Source: an uncultured Nitrososphaeraceae archaeon (lineage in GTDB: Archaea > Thermoproteota > Nitrososphaeria > Nitrososphaerales > Nitrososphaeraceae). From it: a DNA stretch of 64,000 nucleotides. Positions 42,655 to 53,268 of the stretch are shown here, one piece after another. Each line of letters starts with the position of its first letter. The first letter of the stretch is position 1. The position numbers were made by a program, and so were the translations under genes. The stretch spans positions 1 through 64,000 of the forward strand of contig CAWIMJ010000047.1 in assembly GCA_963837175.1 (NCBI GenBank), in the 5' to 3' direction. Below the pieces are notes generated by a model. It searched no databases. It worked only from the letters and a program-made list of their open reading frames with translations, and had not been told where the DNA came from.

Positions 42655-43027
42655 TTCGAATATCACAGGCGCTCTGGTTTACTAAAGATGGATTATGCCG
42701 TGAGATTACGCTTGCTAATTAGTTTGAATTGCAACACTGAGACCAAGCTCTGGCTATCCTAATACAAATTTAACTATCTTGATTTGATTGGCTGCTAGCA
42801 AATGCATGCATAAAAGTCAATTTCGATCCTATTATTCTTCATATAGTTTTATTTTACCTTATTTTTATCAACAATATGAAATGCTTTTAAGTTGATTGAA
42901 TCAACGATTATCGCAAGATGTACAGGGGATTTAAATTACTAATTAGGGGGTTGTCTTTATGACAAATGCTCTACTGAAAAATAAGAGATTGTATATAGGC
43001 ACTTCTCATTCTACTGTCTTTACGACT

Positions 43028-43304
43028 TTAGCTAATGGGATTTCTTGAGTACCTAAATTTTAGTAAAAGCAATACAAGATTTAATGACACTCCTAAAATA
43101 TTTCCCCCAACGATCACGACGTCATTTCTTCCTATTCCATATATTACCCATAATGATAAGCCGACGATTAATGACAAGATCAACCAGACAGATAAATCCT
43201 CCGTCTTTTTGGTCTTGAGGCTTTTAACTATTTGCGGTACTGGTACTTGAAAGGGCAAATATGCTAGCCATTATGCCTATAACAGATATCATAAAGTCGA
43301 ACAT
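43028..43304 (-). CDS. SemiSWEET/PQ-loop family transporter; 1-nt insertion near 43242
   Basis: MFDFMISVIGIMASIFALSST joined to VPQIVKSLKTKKTEDLS..LWVIYG..GN; three TM helices. Confidence 0.8.
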
Positions 43305-43450
43305 AGAGATTTACTTTCCTTATAGATGCACATGATTATTGGTAGATATATTAACTCGACATGTCCGCTAATTGCTACATTGGTATAAAAGATTGTTTAT
43401 TCTTATAACGATCGAAAACCAAATATTTGTTAACCAACGCTGATTTATCT

Positions 43451-44116
43451 ATGTCTTTTAAGAATATCAAACGGTATTCTTCAACCATCCCAAATCAGAC
43501 GTTCTACTATAGATCTACTGAACTTGTCGCAAAAGATTTACTTGGAAAAAAACTAGTTCGTATTATCAATAAATCGAAAGATCAAACATACAGATTGTCA
43601 GGTTTAATTGTTGAAACAGAGGCATATGGTTTTGATGATGATCCTGCAAGTCATGCGTATAGAGGTATTACGTCCAGAAATATTCCAATGTTTGGGGAAG
43701 TTGGTTGTGCCTACGTCTACTTCACTTATGGAAATTATTACTGTGTAAATGTATGTGCAAGATCCTCTAAAGTTAAAGCAGGTGCAGTTCTTATAAGGGC
43801 ATTGCAGCCATTGGAAGGGATACCTATTATGAAGTTCTTGCGCAATACCGATAATGAACTCTCATTGTCTTCAGGCCCAGGAAAACTTACACAAGCACTA
43901 TGCATCGACAAATCTCTAAATGGACAAGACATGACAAACGCAACAACTGAACTTCATATAGAATATGGAATAAAACCTCAAAGAATAATTTGCTCTTCTA
44001 GAATAGGAATAAGAGAAGCTCAAGAGAAAAAATGGCGATTCATTTTAGCAGGTAAGGATGAGGATGATAATGATGATCTATTTATAAGATACGTATCTCG
44101 AAAAAATATAAAGTAA
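43451..44116 (+). CDS. mpg: 3-methyladenine DNA glycosylase (AAG/Mpg family)
   Basis: VAKDLLGK, IVETEAY, DPASHA, YVYFTYG, AVLIRA, SGPGKLTQAL, RIGI; start may be TTG 43427. Confidence 0.92.
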   Translation: MSFKNIKRYSSTIPNQTFYYRSTELVAKDLLGKKLVRIINKSKDQTYRLSGLIVETEAYGFDDDPASHAYRGITSRNIPMFGEVGCAYVYFTYGNYYCVNVCARSSKVKAGAVLIRALQPLEGIPIMKFLRNTDNELSLSSGPGKLTQALCIDKSLNGQDMTNATTELHIEYGIKPQRIICSSRIGIREAQEKKWRFILAGKDEDDNDDLFIRYVSRKNIK

Positions 44117-44352
44117 TTTGGCTGATTGTAAATACTATTATCTAGAATCTGATCTCAATCACAATTTATAGTAACGAGAAAGTATATGTGTGTATTTATA
44201 GCATTCTGTAAAATAAAATATCGTGGATTATATAGTCAGAAAAAATTCGCAGTCTATCGCTCACAAAATTATAATTATCTTGTTGTTAATCATAATAATA
44301 ATTATTTTCTATTCAACAAATCTGTTTAACGGATTCAAAGATCTGGTCTGTT

Positions 44353-45714
44353 ATGCAGATGTTACATCATGAGCAGCAATCTTCCACTACAGATAAATTT
44401 ACCAGCAATGATCTCGGTGTATATATGTCTTCTCAACTCTATAGCAATATCAAAATCGTATATGTTCTTCTTGATGGTGTAGGAGATCTTCCACATCCTT
44501 CCTTAAATTATTTGACACCACTTGAGGCAGCGTATACACCATATATGGACTCGCTTAGTAGGAATGGCTGTATGGGAAAAGTGATCACAGTGGGAAAGAG
44601 AATCGCTCCACAATCTGATATAGCAGTATTTAACATGCTAGGTTATAATTTCAAGGATGGAAATTACGTTGGAAGGGGTGTAATTGAGTCGCTTGGCTGC
44701 AATATCGATTTCAAAGAAGGTGATCTTGCGATGCGAGGAAACTTCGCGACAGTTGATGATAATTTACAAATTATGGACAGAAGGGCTGGAAGGATTATCA
44801 GCAAAGAAGAGGCTTTATCTATTTGCAAAACATTGAATGAAAAAATTCAATTTGGCGATAGTAATGCCCATGTTGTTATAGAGCCAACCATTGGCCATAG
44901 AGTGACTATCTGTTTTAGACATGACGAGATAAAATTATCCGATAGGATCTCAAATACAGATCCATCATATGAAAGGATTAATGGAATCGGAATAGCCAAA
45001 CCTGCAACAGCTGATATTCGCATTGGTACATCTGAACCGCAAGAAGACACCGCAGCAGCGAAAACTGCAGCAAAATTGGTCAATGAATTTACAACTCAGG
45101 TTGCTAAATTACTGAGTAATCATCCAGTCAATAATGAGCGTACGAAAGTAGGAAAGAAGCCTATCAATGCTATCCTGGCTCGAGATTCTGGAAATAGGTA
45201 TCCAAACGTTGAGCCAATAAATAGAAAATATGGATTGGACGTGGCATGCATTGTGGATATGCCTGTGGAAATTGGAATCTCCAAAGTCTTAGGAATGAGT
45301 GCCTTCAAGGCTGGTGATGTCAATGATTATGAACAAAAAGCAAAAGTCGCAGCAGAGAATCTGGAGAGGTTTAATGTTATCTATGTTCATATAAAGGGAC
45401 CAGACGAGTTCGGACATGATGGCGATGCAAGGGGGAAAAAAAAGAACATTGAAGATATTGACACGCGATTCTTTGCGACACTTGAAAAAAAATTAAAAAT
45501 TAATGATTCAACTATAATTGTTTCTGCAGATCACTCTACCCCATGTGTCAAAAAAGGACATAGCGACGATCCAGTCCCTATATTGATATCAGGAAGAAAA
45601 ATTAGAAAAGACAAAAGTGCAAGATTTACTGAAAAATATGCATCGAAAGGAAGTATAGGTTTACTTATGGGAGTTGATGTCCTTTCGACTGCAATTGGAA
45701 TGATATCTTCTTGA
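44353..45714 (+). CDS. apgM: 2,3-bisphosphoglycerate-independent phosphoglycerate mutase (archaeal)
   Basis: LLDGVGD, TPLEAA, PQSDIA, RGNFAT, DRRAGR, HIKGPDEFGHDG, ADHSTP; start may be ATG 44425. Confidence 0.92.
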   Translation: MQMLHHEQQSSTTDKFTSNDLGVYMSSQLYSNIKIVYVLLDGVGDLPHPSLNYLTPLEAAYTPYMDSLSRNGCMGKVITVGKRIAPQSDIAVFNMLGYNFKDGNYVGRGVIESLGCNIDFKEGDLAMRGNFATVDDNLQIMDRRAGRIISKEEALSICKTLNEKIQFGDSNAHVVIEPTIGHRVTICFRHDEIKLSDRISNTDPSYERINGIGIAKPATADIRIGTSEPQEDTAAAKTAAKLVNEFTTQVAKLLSNHPVNNERTKVGKKPINAILARDSGNRYPNVEPINRKYGLDVACIVDMPVEIGISKVLGMSAFKAGDVNDYEQKAKVAAENLERFNVIYVHIKGPDEFGHDGDARGKKKNIEDIDTRFFATLEKKLKINDSTIIVSADHSTPCVKKGHSDDPVPILISGRKIRKDKSARFTEKYASKGSIGLLMGVDVLSTAIGMISS

Positions 45715-45728
45715 TATATTGGTATATT

Positions 45729-46136
45729 TCATATTCGAGTCCCCGTAAGTATACCTTTGCACTGCTCACAAACTTGTTCGTCTATATTCGATTCTATACG
45801 GTGGTGGACGTCACATATAATAAATGTATAACGCATATAATTAAATAATTCAATTAATTTCGACATAGTGATAGGAGTATAGGCCTTATTTGTAGACAGA
45901 TCTCTTGCAATGTCATCAACCATGCGCATAACTTCTTGAAAAGAGCTAAGTTTTGAGATTAGTTCATCGTCGCCCCTTGTCCCTCTCAAATAATTACTTA
46001 CTGCCGCTTGAGTGATACCGAGTACCTTAGCCACAACTTCTTCCTTTAAGTCATAATCTTTCATAAGTTTCTTTGCTAAAATGGCTCTAATCGCTGGTAT
46101 CATAGATTTAGCCTCAATTTCAGAAGGTAGGAGCAT
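45729..46136 (-). CDS. Predicted HTH transcriptional regulator (XRE-like, archaeal) with C-terminal Cys/His motif
   Basis: LLPSE..IPAIRA, VAKVLGITQAAVSNY, C..H..C..C tail. Confidence 0.82.
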   Translation of the reverse strand: MLLPSEIEAKSMIPAIRAILAKKLMKDYDLKEEVVAKVLGITQAAVSNYLRGTRGDDELISKLSSFQEVMRMVDDIARDLSTNKAYTPITMSKLIELFNYMRYTFIICDVHHRIESNIDEQVCEQCKGILTGTRI

Positions 46137-46447
46137 TGTCTTAGCAATTAGAAATTCTATTCAATTCTTATATAAAGCTTCTTTGTGAGCCACAATTGGC
46201 AATTCCTTTCTATAATAAACTAACCATTATGATCCCGCACATTTGAAATTTATATACATAAGATAATTTAAATGAAAAGTTAAGTAATATATATATATTT
46301 TACATAGAATAGAAAGAAAACACAGTTCTAGCATATACAACAAGACAAATTTAAATAGTAGCTTACTTTGATTGTTATTTTAATATGAATAAGAAATTCA
46401 ATCTTGTTTTTCAGATCAAATTTGTGTGGAGGATATAAGATTTTTAA

Positions 46448-47533
46448 ATGAAGACAAAATTTGGTTTTACGCAAGGTCTCAATGTTGCAAGACTGGGGCT
46501 GGACGAAACTCAAGTTATGACAGCTTGCCAGATAGCAGACAGAATGGATTATGACTCAATTTGGGCAATGGATCATTCTAATGTTCCACAATGGAAAAAT
46601 GCTGTTGTTAATGATGCTTGGCTTATGCTGGCTGCTATTGGAGCTGTTACCCAAAAGGTAGAACTTGGCACATGTGTCACAGATGCAATTAGAAGACATC
46701 CATCTTCAATTGCCCTTTCGACTATTACTTTGGATAGGATAACAAAGGGCAGGGCCGTCCTCGGAATTGGAGCAGGAGAAGCACAGAATGTAGTAGATTT
46801 CGGGATAGAATTTAGCAAACCAGTGAGTAAATTCAAGGAACAACTAGAAGTAATAGAGAAACTTTTTCAATCAGATCCGGATAATCATGTCAACTACGAG
46901 GGCGTCTATTATAAATTAATTAATGCATGCCTTCAGGCTCAAAGTATTCGTAAACCTCGGCCTCCAGTATATATTGCAGCAGGAGCTCCAAAGACACTTG
47001 AGCTATGTGCAAAATATGGCGATGGATGGATTCCAATAGGTTATACACCAGAATTGTTCAGCAATCATGCCAATATTATTAAAGAACATGCACACAAATA
47101 CGGAAGAGATTTATCTACATTCCAATTTGCAAATGATGTTGATATTTATTTTACAGATGATGGAGAAGAGGCTTGGAATAAGATGAAAAACGCAGTAAAA
47201 GTTAGTTTATATAAGCCAGAATTATTAAAAGTTCATAATATACCTCAAGATTCAGAATTTGATTTTCGAAGATACTTTACAGAATATGCCATGAATAAGC
47301 CAGAACTGATGGAACAGATGAAAAGGGCCGCAATAAAGATACCTGACAAGATTGCAAGAACAGCAATAGGGGTAGGAAAACCAGATGATGTAATAGAAAT
47401 GCTCGAACGCTTCATTAAAGCAGGCACCAATCATTTTATCATCAGATATTGGGGCGAAGGTTACTTCAAGAATATTGAAATGTTCGGTAACAAGGTTATT
47501 CCATATTTCAGAGATCAAGAGAAAAATAATTAA
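46448..47533 (+). CDS. LLM-class (luciferase-like) oxidoreductase, probably F420-dependent
   Basis: IWAMDH, LGTCVT..RHP, GRAVLGIGAGE, PPVYIAA, YGDGW; cofE in window. Confidence 0.85.
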   Translation: MKTKFGFTQGLNVARLGLDETQVMTACQIADRMDYDSIWAMDHSNVPQWKNAVVNDAWLMLAAIGAVTQKVELGTCVTDAIRRHPSSIALSTITLDRITKGRAVLGIGAGEAQNVVDFGIEFSKPVSKFKEQLEVIEKLFQSDPDNHVNYEGVYYKLINACLQAQSIRKPRPPVYIAAGAPKTLELCAKYGDGWIPIGYTPELFSNHANIIKEHAHKYGRDLSTFQFANDVDIYFTDDGEEAWNKMKNAVKVSLYKPELLKVHNIPQDSEFDFRRYFTEYAMNKPELMEQMKRAAIKIPDKIARTAIGVGKPDDVIEMLERFIKAGTNHFIIRYWGEGYFKNIEMFGNKVIPYFRDQEKNN

Positions 47534-48598
47534 TTATTCTTTCATATAATTATCAAGAGAAGAGATAACAGAATTAGCATTTTTAGGATTACTCTTCGTT
47601 ATTTCATGTTTACCTAAAAGAGGATCAGCGTCAAAACCGAGCTTTCTTAGTTTCTTAGCAAAATCAATAGTGAATCCATGGAACGTATAAACCTTTTTTG
47701 GATTACATTTTCTTACGACTTGGACTAGATCCTTGTAATCACAATGGTCGCTCATAGGAAAAGTATAATCAAGGCCCATCATGAATTTGTAGTTCGTATT
47801 AACGGCCCAACCGCTAAATCCTATTGTAACAGCTCCGTATCTCTCTTTCATGCGTTTTACAAAACCATTTCTTCCGTGAAATAATGGTGAAATCATGATC
47901 CATGGTTTATTTTTAGAAAGAAGGCTCTGGTCTTCTGCAGTAGAATGTTTTATTGTATGCTTTAAGCTTACACCTAATTTGGAATAAATCGAATTCATAT
48001 CATAAACAGCATCATATACATATAATGGATCCCAATGGCCAAAAAGCTCGGTTAGCAGCTGGGCTTTGCCCAAAGGATAACCCATTAAAAGAACAGGAAT
48101 TCCTTTATCATACATCTCAGATATAATCTTGTTGGTGTTATGTATGACTTCTCGCAAATCAGGAAAAATATATTCTGGTCTGCCAAAAGTTGACTCAATT
48201 ATTAATGTCTGGGCTTGCGGAATTAGAGCTGGTCTCATAAAAGCCCTCTCTTTAATAGAAATGTCTCCCGTATAATAAATCTCATCACGGTTTACCAGCA
48301 ATCCTTTTGAACCTAAAATATGCCCTGTATCGATTAATTTAAATCCATCATGCTCTTCTTGTGAATCACTTAATCCATACCCTCTTGCTTCTGCAATTAT
48401 TGACGTCTCTCTTGATGCCAAAGTCTTACTTTTTAAAGAGTCATTTTTACCACCACATTTTTTATATAAATGATCAGTATGTGCATGGGAAACAAAAATC
48501 ATATCACAATGTGTCGCTTTACGAGGATCAAGCGATATTTTTTTACCGCTGCTATTTATAAGAATACCACATTGAGAAAAACTGATCTGGGCAACCAA
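47534..48598 (-). CDS. MBL-fold (beta-CASP-like) exonuclease
   Basis: SHAHTDH, GHILGS, YTGD, ESTFG, YPLGKAQ, SDHCD, FHG. Confidence 0.85.
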   Translation of the reverse strand: MVAQISFSQCGILINSSGKKISLDPRKATHCDMIFVSHAHTDHLYKKCGGKNDSLKSKTLASRETSIIAEARGYGLSDSQEEHDGFKLIDTGHILGSKGLLVNRDEIYYTGDISIKERAFMRPALIPQAQTLIIESTFGRPEYIFPDLREVIHNTNKIISEMYDKGIPVLLMGYPLGKAQLLTELFGHWDPLYVYDAVYDMNSIYSKLGVSLKHTIKHSTAEDQSLLSKNKPWIMISPLFHGRNGFVKRMKERYGAVTIGFSGWAVNTNYKFMMGLDYTFPMSDHCDYKDLVQVVRKCNPKKVYTFHGFTIDFAKKLRKLGFDADPLLGKHEITKSNPKNANSVISSLDNYMKE

Positions 48599-48880
48599 TT
48601 CGGTAATTTTAATTGCTTATTATGACCTGTATTTTAACATTCTTAGGAAAGTATAAGATCAGATAAAATAATTAGCTCTTTAACAATTGCATATAACAAG
48701 TAGAAGTATTCAATCTTCTAATTTTGTTGGTTAACCACATATTATCGCCACACACCCTTAACGCTAATAAGGTGGACGTAGAAATAATAGATGTATAATA
48801 CACAACTGAAAAGGACTATAGATAACGAGAAGAAGAACATTTTGTTTATTATCTATTTATCTAAGTAATAACAAAAAATA

Positions 48881-49519
48881 TTGTTGATCAATCTTGCTAT
48901 ACTTATCTCCGGTAGAGGAAGCAATATGGCCTCCATTCTCTCTGCAATAAAGTCAGGATATATAAAAAATGTCAAGCCTGCAGTAGTATTATCCAATAGA
49001 ACGGAAGCAGTAGGACTAAATTTGGCCTTGGAAAAATTTGGAATTTCCACTGAAATCATGCCAAGCAAAGGTTTGAAAGGCTGGGAGTATGACAAGAAGG
49101 TTGTCTCAATCTTAAAAAAATATGATGTTACATCGGAGAATGGTCTTATTTGCTTAGCAGGTTTTAACCGAATATTTAGTGCTGAATTCGTAACAGAATA
49201 TTCTATGCGAATACTGAATATTCATCCAGCGTTATTACCTTCATTTCCTGGTCTTAATGCTCAAAAACAAGCAATAGAATATGGTGTCAAAGTTTCAGGG
49301 TGTACTGTACATTTTGTAGATCAAGGACTTGATTCGGGACCAATTATACTTCAACGAGCAGTAAAAGTACTGGACTCGGATACAGAAGCAGAACTCTCAG
49401 CAAGGATATTGAGAGAAGAACATGAAGTATATCCTGAAGTGGTAAGATTATTTGCAGAAGACAGAATAAAAATTATAGGTCGAAGGGTATTACTAAAAGA
49501 TAATCGAAATTCTATATGA
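48881..49519 (+). CDS. purN: Phosphoribosylglycinamide formyltransferase
   Basis: SGRGSN, LNIHPALLPSFPG, GCTVHFV, DSGPII. Confidence 0.95.
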   Translation: MLINLAILISGRGSNMASILSAIKSGYIKNVKPAVVLSNRTEAVGLNLALEKFGISTEIMPSKGLKGWEYDKKVVSILKKYDVTSENGLICLAGFNRIFSAEFVTEYSMRILNIHPALLPSFPGLNAQKQAIEYGVKVSGCTVHFVDQGLDSGPIILQRAVKVLDSDTEAELSARILREEHEVYPEVVRLFAEDRIKIIGRRVLLKDNRNSI

Positions 49520-49602
49520 AATAACTTTTTAATCGGAGATCCATACAAACTGTATCCATGAGCAGTAACGCAAAATAGTTCCTATTAATATCTCTTAATT
49601 GT

Positions 49603-50469
49603 TTGACTGGACAAATAATTGACGGTTTAGCAGTAGCTACTCATGTTAAAAAACAAGTGAAGAAAGCAGTTAGCGAATTGAAAAATCAAGGCATTCAACC
49701 CGGCTTGGCAACTATACTTGTGGGCGACGAGGTTTCCTCCGAAGCATACATAAAAAATAAGCAAAAAGCTGCCAAAGAAGTAGGTATCAATACGTGGGAC
49801 CATAAATTGCCTTCAACAGTAAGTCAAAAAGAATTAATGAATCTTGTCAATTTGTTAAATAATGATGATAAGATTCATGGAATCTTAGTACAATTACCTC
49901 TTCCTTCTAATATTGATGAGTTTGCTATAATCAAAAGGATTAATCCTGTTAAAGATGTTGACGGACTTACGCCATTTACTGCCGGTCTATTGTTAAATGG
50001 TTACGCCTATCTAAAACCATGTACTCCATCTGGAATCATTGAGATGTTAGACTACTACAATATTAGTCTAATGGGTATGGATGCCATTATAGTTAATCGT
50101 AGCAATCTTGTTGGAAAACCTCTTTCTATGCTTTTACTGGAAAGAAATGCAACGGTAACAATATGTCATTCAAAAACGAAAGCTCTTAAAGATAAACTGA
50201 GACAGGCTGATATAATAATTACAGCAGTTGGCAACCGTGAAACCTTTACACTTACGTCAGAAATGGTAAAACCAGGTTCGGTAGTAATCGATGTTGGGAT
50301 TACAAGACATAATGGAAAAATAATAGGGGATGTAGAGTTTGAAGAGGTCAGAGAAAAAGTATCTTGGATTACACCTGTTCCTGGTGGCGTAGGACCTATG
50401 ACGGTATCTATGCTATTAAAAAACACTCTTACCGCTGCATCTGTTAGAAGAGAGGATGATATTTTCTGA
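49603..50469 (+). CDS. folD: Methylenetetrahydrofolate dehydrogenase/cyclohydrolase
   Basis: GILVQLPLP, KDVDG, PCTP, RSNLVGKP, TPVPGGVGPMT. Confidence 0.95.
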   Translation: MTGQIIDGLAVATHVKKQVKKAVSELKNQGIQPGLATILVGDEVSSEAYIKNKQKAAKEVGINTWDHKLPSTVSQKELMNLVNLLNNDDKIHGILVQLPLPSNIDEFAIIKRINPVKDVDGLTPFTAGLLLNGYAYLKPCTPSGIIEMLDYYNISLMGMDAIIVNRSNLVGKPLSMLLLERNATVTICHSKTKALKDKLRQADIIITAVGNRETFTLTSEMVKPGSVVIDVGITRHNGKIIGDVEFEEVREKVSWITPVPGGVGPMTVSMLLKNTLTAASVRREDDIF

Positions 50470-51053
50470 TTTCAAAAAAATCTGAAGATAAGAATATCAT
50501 TAGGCAATCCATCTTAACTAAACGTAATAGTTTATCAGAGAGAGAGATCCAAAGAAGAAGTGAATTAATTCAACAAGCGATTATCAGTCTTCCTGTATTT
50601 AAAGCTGCGAAGGTAGTGGGAGCGTATTATCCAATAGGATCGGAGGTTAACACTCTGGATATACTAAACAAAGTTTTAGAACAAAAGATTTTGGCTTTGC
50701 CTGCAACCTTAGGAGATAAAATTTTGTTTTACAAAATATCTCATATGAGGAGCTATTTTAATCTAGATCAGATGATTCTAAGTAAATTTGGAATAAAAGA
50801 ACCATCACCATCAACAGCAGATCTTATCGATGATATCGATTTACTCATAGTTCCGGGAATTGCCTTTGATAGAAATGGCTATAGGATAGGCTATGGAAGA
50901 GGCTTCTATGACCGATACCTTGAACGGAAGAAATATGTCTTCTCAATAGGTCTAGGATTTGAACTTCAGCTATTAGATGAGACTCTTCCACACGAACAAT
51001 TTGATCAAAGAGTGAATGCAGTGGCTACAGAAAATAAAATAGTTCTTTGCTAA
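50466..51053 (+). CDS. 5-formyltetrahydrofolate cyclo-ligase, probable CTG start overlapping the folD stop
   Basis: Frame open from CTG 50466 (K..IRQSILTKRNSLS); FGIKEP, VPGIAFD, RIGYGRGFYDRYL. Confidence 0.88.
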   Translation: MISKKSEDKNIIRQSILTKRNSLSEREIQRRSELIQQAIISLPVFKAAKVVGAYYPIGSEVNTLDILNKVLEQKILALPATLGDKILFYKISHMRSYFNLDQMILSKFGIKEPSPSTADLIDDIDLLIVPGIAFDRNGYRIGYGRGFYDRYLERKKYVFSIGLGFELQLLDETLPHEQFDQRVNAVATENKIVLC

Positions 51054-52339
51054 TATCTTAATGCCTTCATCGCAATATCATTTCTATAATATTGGCCGTT
51101 TTTTCCCCAGCTTATTTTTTGAACTGCCGAGTACGCATTTTTTGTTGCTTGCTCTATGCTATAACCTAGTGAAGTAACCCCTAGAACTCTTCCACCATTT
51201 GTTATAATTCTATTTTGCGAATCACGCTTTGTACTGCCATGAAATATTATGGTATTATCACTAATCTCTGAATTAAGGCCTCTTATTAAATCACCTATTT
51301 GATAATTTCCTGGATATCCCTTTGAAGCCATTACGACACAAACGGCAAATTGTTCTTTCCATTTTAGCGGTGGCATAGAATCTAATCTTCCTTCATAAGC
51401 GGCTTTTAGATAATCAAAAAAATCAGAATTCAATCTCATCATCAAAGGTTGACATTCTGGATCACCCATTCTCACATTGAACTCTAGGACTGAAGGCTCG
51501 TTTGATTCTCTGTCAATCATGATCCCAGCATAAAGAAAGCCTTTAAAGGTATTATTCTCACGCTTCATTGCAGAGACGGTTGGGGAAATTATCTTTTTGA
51601 TTATCTTTTCAGTTAAATCGTCATCTATTATTGGGGTAGGTGAATAGCTCCCCATCCCACCTGTGTTTTCCCCTTTATCGTTATCAGATATGCGTTTATG
51701 ATCTTGAGTTGAGGCCAATGGTAGAATCGTCTCGCCGTCACTAAGAGCTATAAACGATGCTTCCTCACCAAATAAACGCTCTTCGATGATAACCTGGTTA
51801 CCAGCAGAACCAAATTTTCTTTTAATCATAATCGTTTCGATTGCTTTTATTGCTTCATTGGCATTATCACATAATATTACACCCTTTCCTGATGCTAATC
51901 CATCTGCTTTTATGACAAGTTTTGTGCTCTGTTCGTTAACATAATCTTTGGCTTTATCAGGATCGGAAAATGTACAATAATCGGCAGTCGGAATTCTATA
52001 TTTCTTCATAAATTTTTTAGCAAAATCCTTGCTAGACTCTAATTGAGCGGCCTGTTTAGTCGGACCGAAAATCATGAGGTCTTCTCTTTCAAATGAATTT
52101 ACTATACCTTCAGCAAGTGGACCTTCACCACCAACAATGGTAAAACATCTGTGCTCTTTTGCGAAGTATGACAAATCGTCAAATTTTAGGGGTTCTAAAT
52201 CAATATTCTCATAAGTCCCCCCGTTGCCAGGAGCAAAATATATTCTTTTAACATGAGGACTCTGGGATAGTTTCCATCCAAGAGCATGTTCTCTTCCACC
52301 AGAACCTATAATTAAAACATTAGAATCACCAGTCAACAA
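51050..52339 (-). CDS. purD: Phosphoribosylamine--glycine ligase
   Basis: GSGGREHAL, APGNGG, KADGLASGKGV, QDHKR, NTGGMG, EFNVRMGDPE, GGRVL. Confidence 0.96.
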   Translation of the reverse strand: MLTGDSNVLIIGSGGREHALGWKLSQSPHVKRIYFAPGNGGTYENIDLEPLKFDDLSYFAKEHRCFTIVGGEGPLAEGIVNSFEREDLMIFGPTKQAAQLESSKDFAKKFMKKYRIPTADYCTFSDPDKAKDYVNEQSTKLVIKADGLASGKGVILCDNANEAIKAIETIMIKRKFGSAGNQVIIEERLFGEEASFIALSDGETILPLASTQDHKRISDNDKGENTGGMGSYSPTPIIDDDLTEKIIKKIISPTVSAMKRENNTFKGFLYAGIMIDRESNEPSVLEFNVRMGDPECQPLMMRLNSDFFDYLKAAYEGRLDSMPPLKWKEQFAVCVVMASKGYPGNYQIGDLIRGLNSEISDNTIIFHGSTKRDSQNRIITNGGRVLGVTSLGYSIEQATKNAYSAVQKISWGKNGQYYRNDIAMKALRY

Positions 52340-52449
52340 AGGAATATCAGATCAATTCAATATAATAATTACGTTAATTCATAGAGAGATAGAAAGATTC
52401 TCTAGCTTTCTTCTAGTCTCCTTTTATGCCATATCGATAATCTTCTAAC

Positions 52450-52956
52450 ATGAACGCAGAAATCCAAGGGCAAGCAAAAAGAGGATTGGCAGCCGCAAGT
52501 CAAGGAACGAGATCAAGAGTCGCAAGAAAAGGAGGAGTTGCTCCACATAACTTAAGAGGCCTTGCCGCCGCAGACTCTGAAACTAGGTCTAGGGTAGCAA
52601 AGGCAGGTGGTGATGCAAGAGCTCAGGATAAAGAAGGCTTACGACGTGCAGGAAGAAAAGGAGGTGAAGCAGTAAAGGCTGAATACGGAATAGAATTTTA
52701 TCACTCAATAGGAGGGAAAGGTGGAGAGTCTGTAAAGGAGAAATACGGAATAGATTTTTATCGCGAAATTGGAGAGAAAGGCGGAGGGATAGTTAAGCAG
52801 AAATATGGACCAAAATTCTACCGTGAAATAGCAAAGCGTGGTAGCCAGACTGTAAAACGACCACATGTTCCTGACCTTGATAGCGCAATAGGTAAAAAGG
52901 CAGAAGAACCAAACAAAGAAGAAACTACTGCTAATGATATTTCAGTCATTCAATAG
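52450..52956 (+). CDS. General stress/hydrophilin protein with KGG motifs and GsiB/Em(LEA)-like 20-aa repeats
   Basis: 2 x GLAAA....RSRVA..GG plus 3 x GGE.VK.KYG.EFY.EIG.K. Confidence 0.8.
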   Translation: MNAEIQGQAKRGLAAASQGTRSRVARKGGVAPHNLRGLAAADSETRSRVAKAGGDARAQDKEGLRRAGRKGGEAVKAEYGIEFYHSIGGKGGESVKEKYGIDFYREIGEKGGGIVKQKYGPKFYREIAKRGSQTVKRPHVPDLDSAIGKKAEEPNKEETTANDISVIQ

Positions 52957-53268
52957 TTTGTTTGCATTATCAGCTATCATTGCCTTGAAAAATCCGATAT
53001 ACTCAGAATCGTTAAATTCAATAGTTATATATTTATTTTCAGATGCTGCTTGGGTGACACTTTTGAGATGGTAGCAGGGCCCGGCATTAGAAAGTGCTTG
53101 AAAATAATAATTCTTGCAGGAACAAAACTCCAGCTCTGGGTCTAGCCAGTGTTCACTATCTCTACCTACTACAGTCCAGATAGCTCTGCCACTAGGTTGA
53201 AATAAATGGAGTTTGACTCCTCCGAACTTTACTATGTTATCGATGCGTTCGGATTGAATTTTTTTCAT
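52942..53268 (-). CDS. SWIM zinc-finger protein
   Basis: FCSC..(x)..CYH SWIM motif. Confidence 0.78.
   Translation of the reverse strand: MKKIQSERIDNIVKFGGVKLHLFQPSGRAIWTVVGRDSEHWLDPELEFCSCKNYYFQALSNAGPCYHLKSVTQAASENKYITIEFNDSEYIGFFKAMIADNANKLLND

Noticed and set aside
45729-46136. Calling the HTH protein ThiR (thiamine regulator) because thi4 is in the window
   Set aside because: It lacks the C-terminal ThiN-like domain and is 12 kb from thi4
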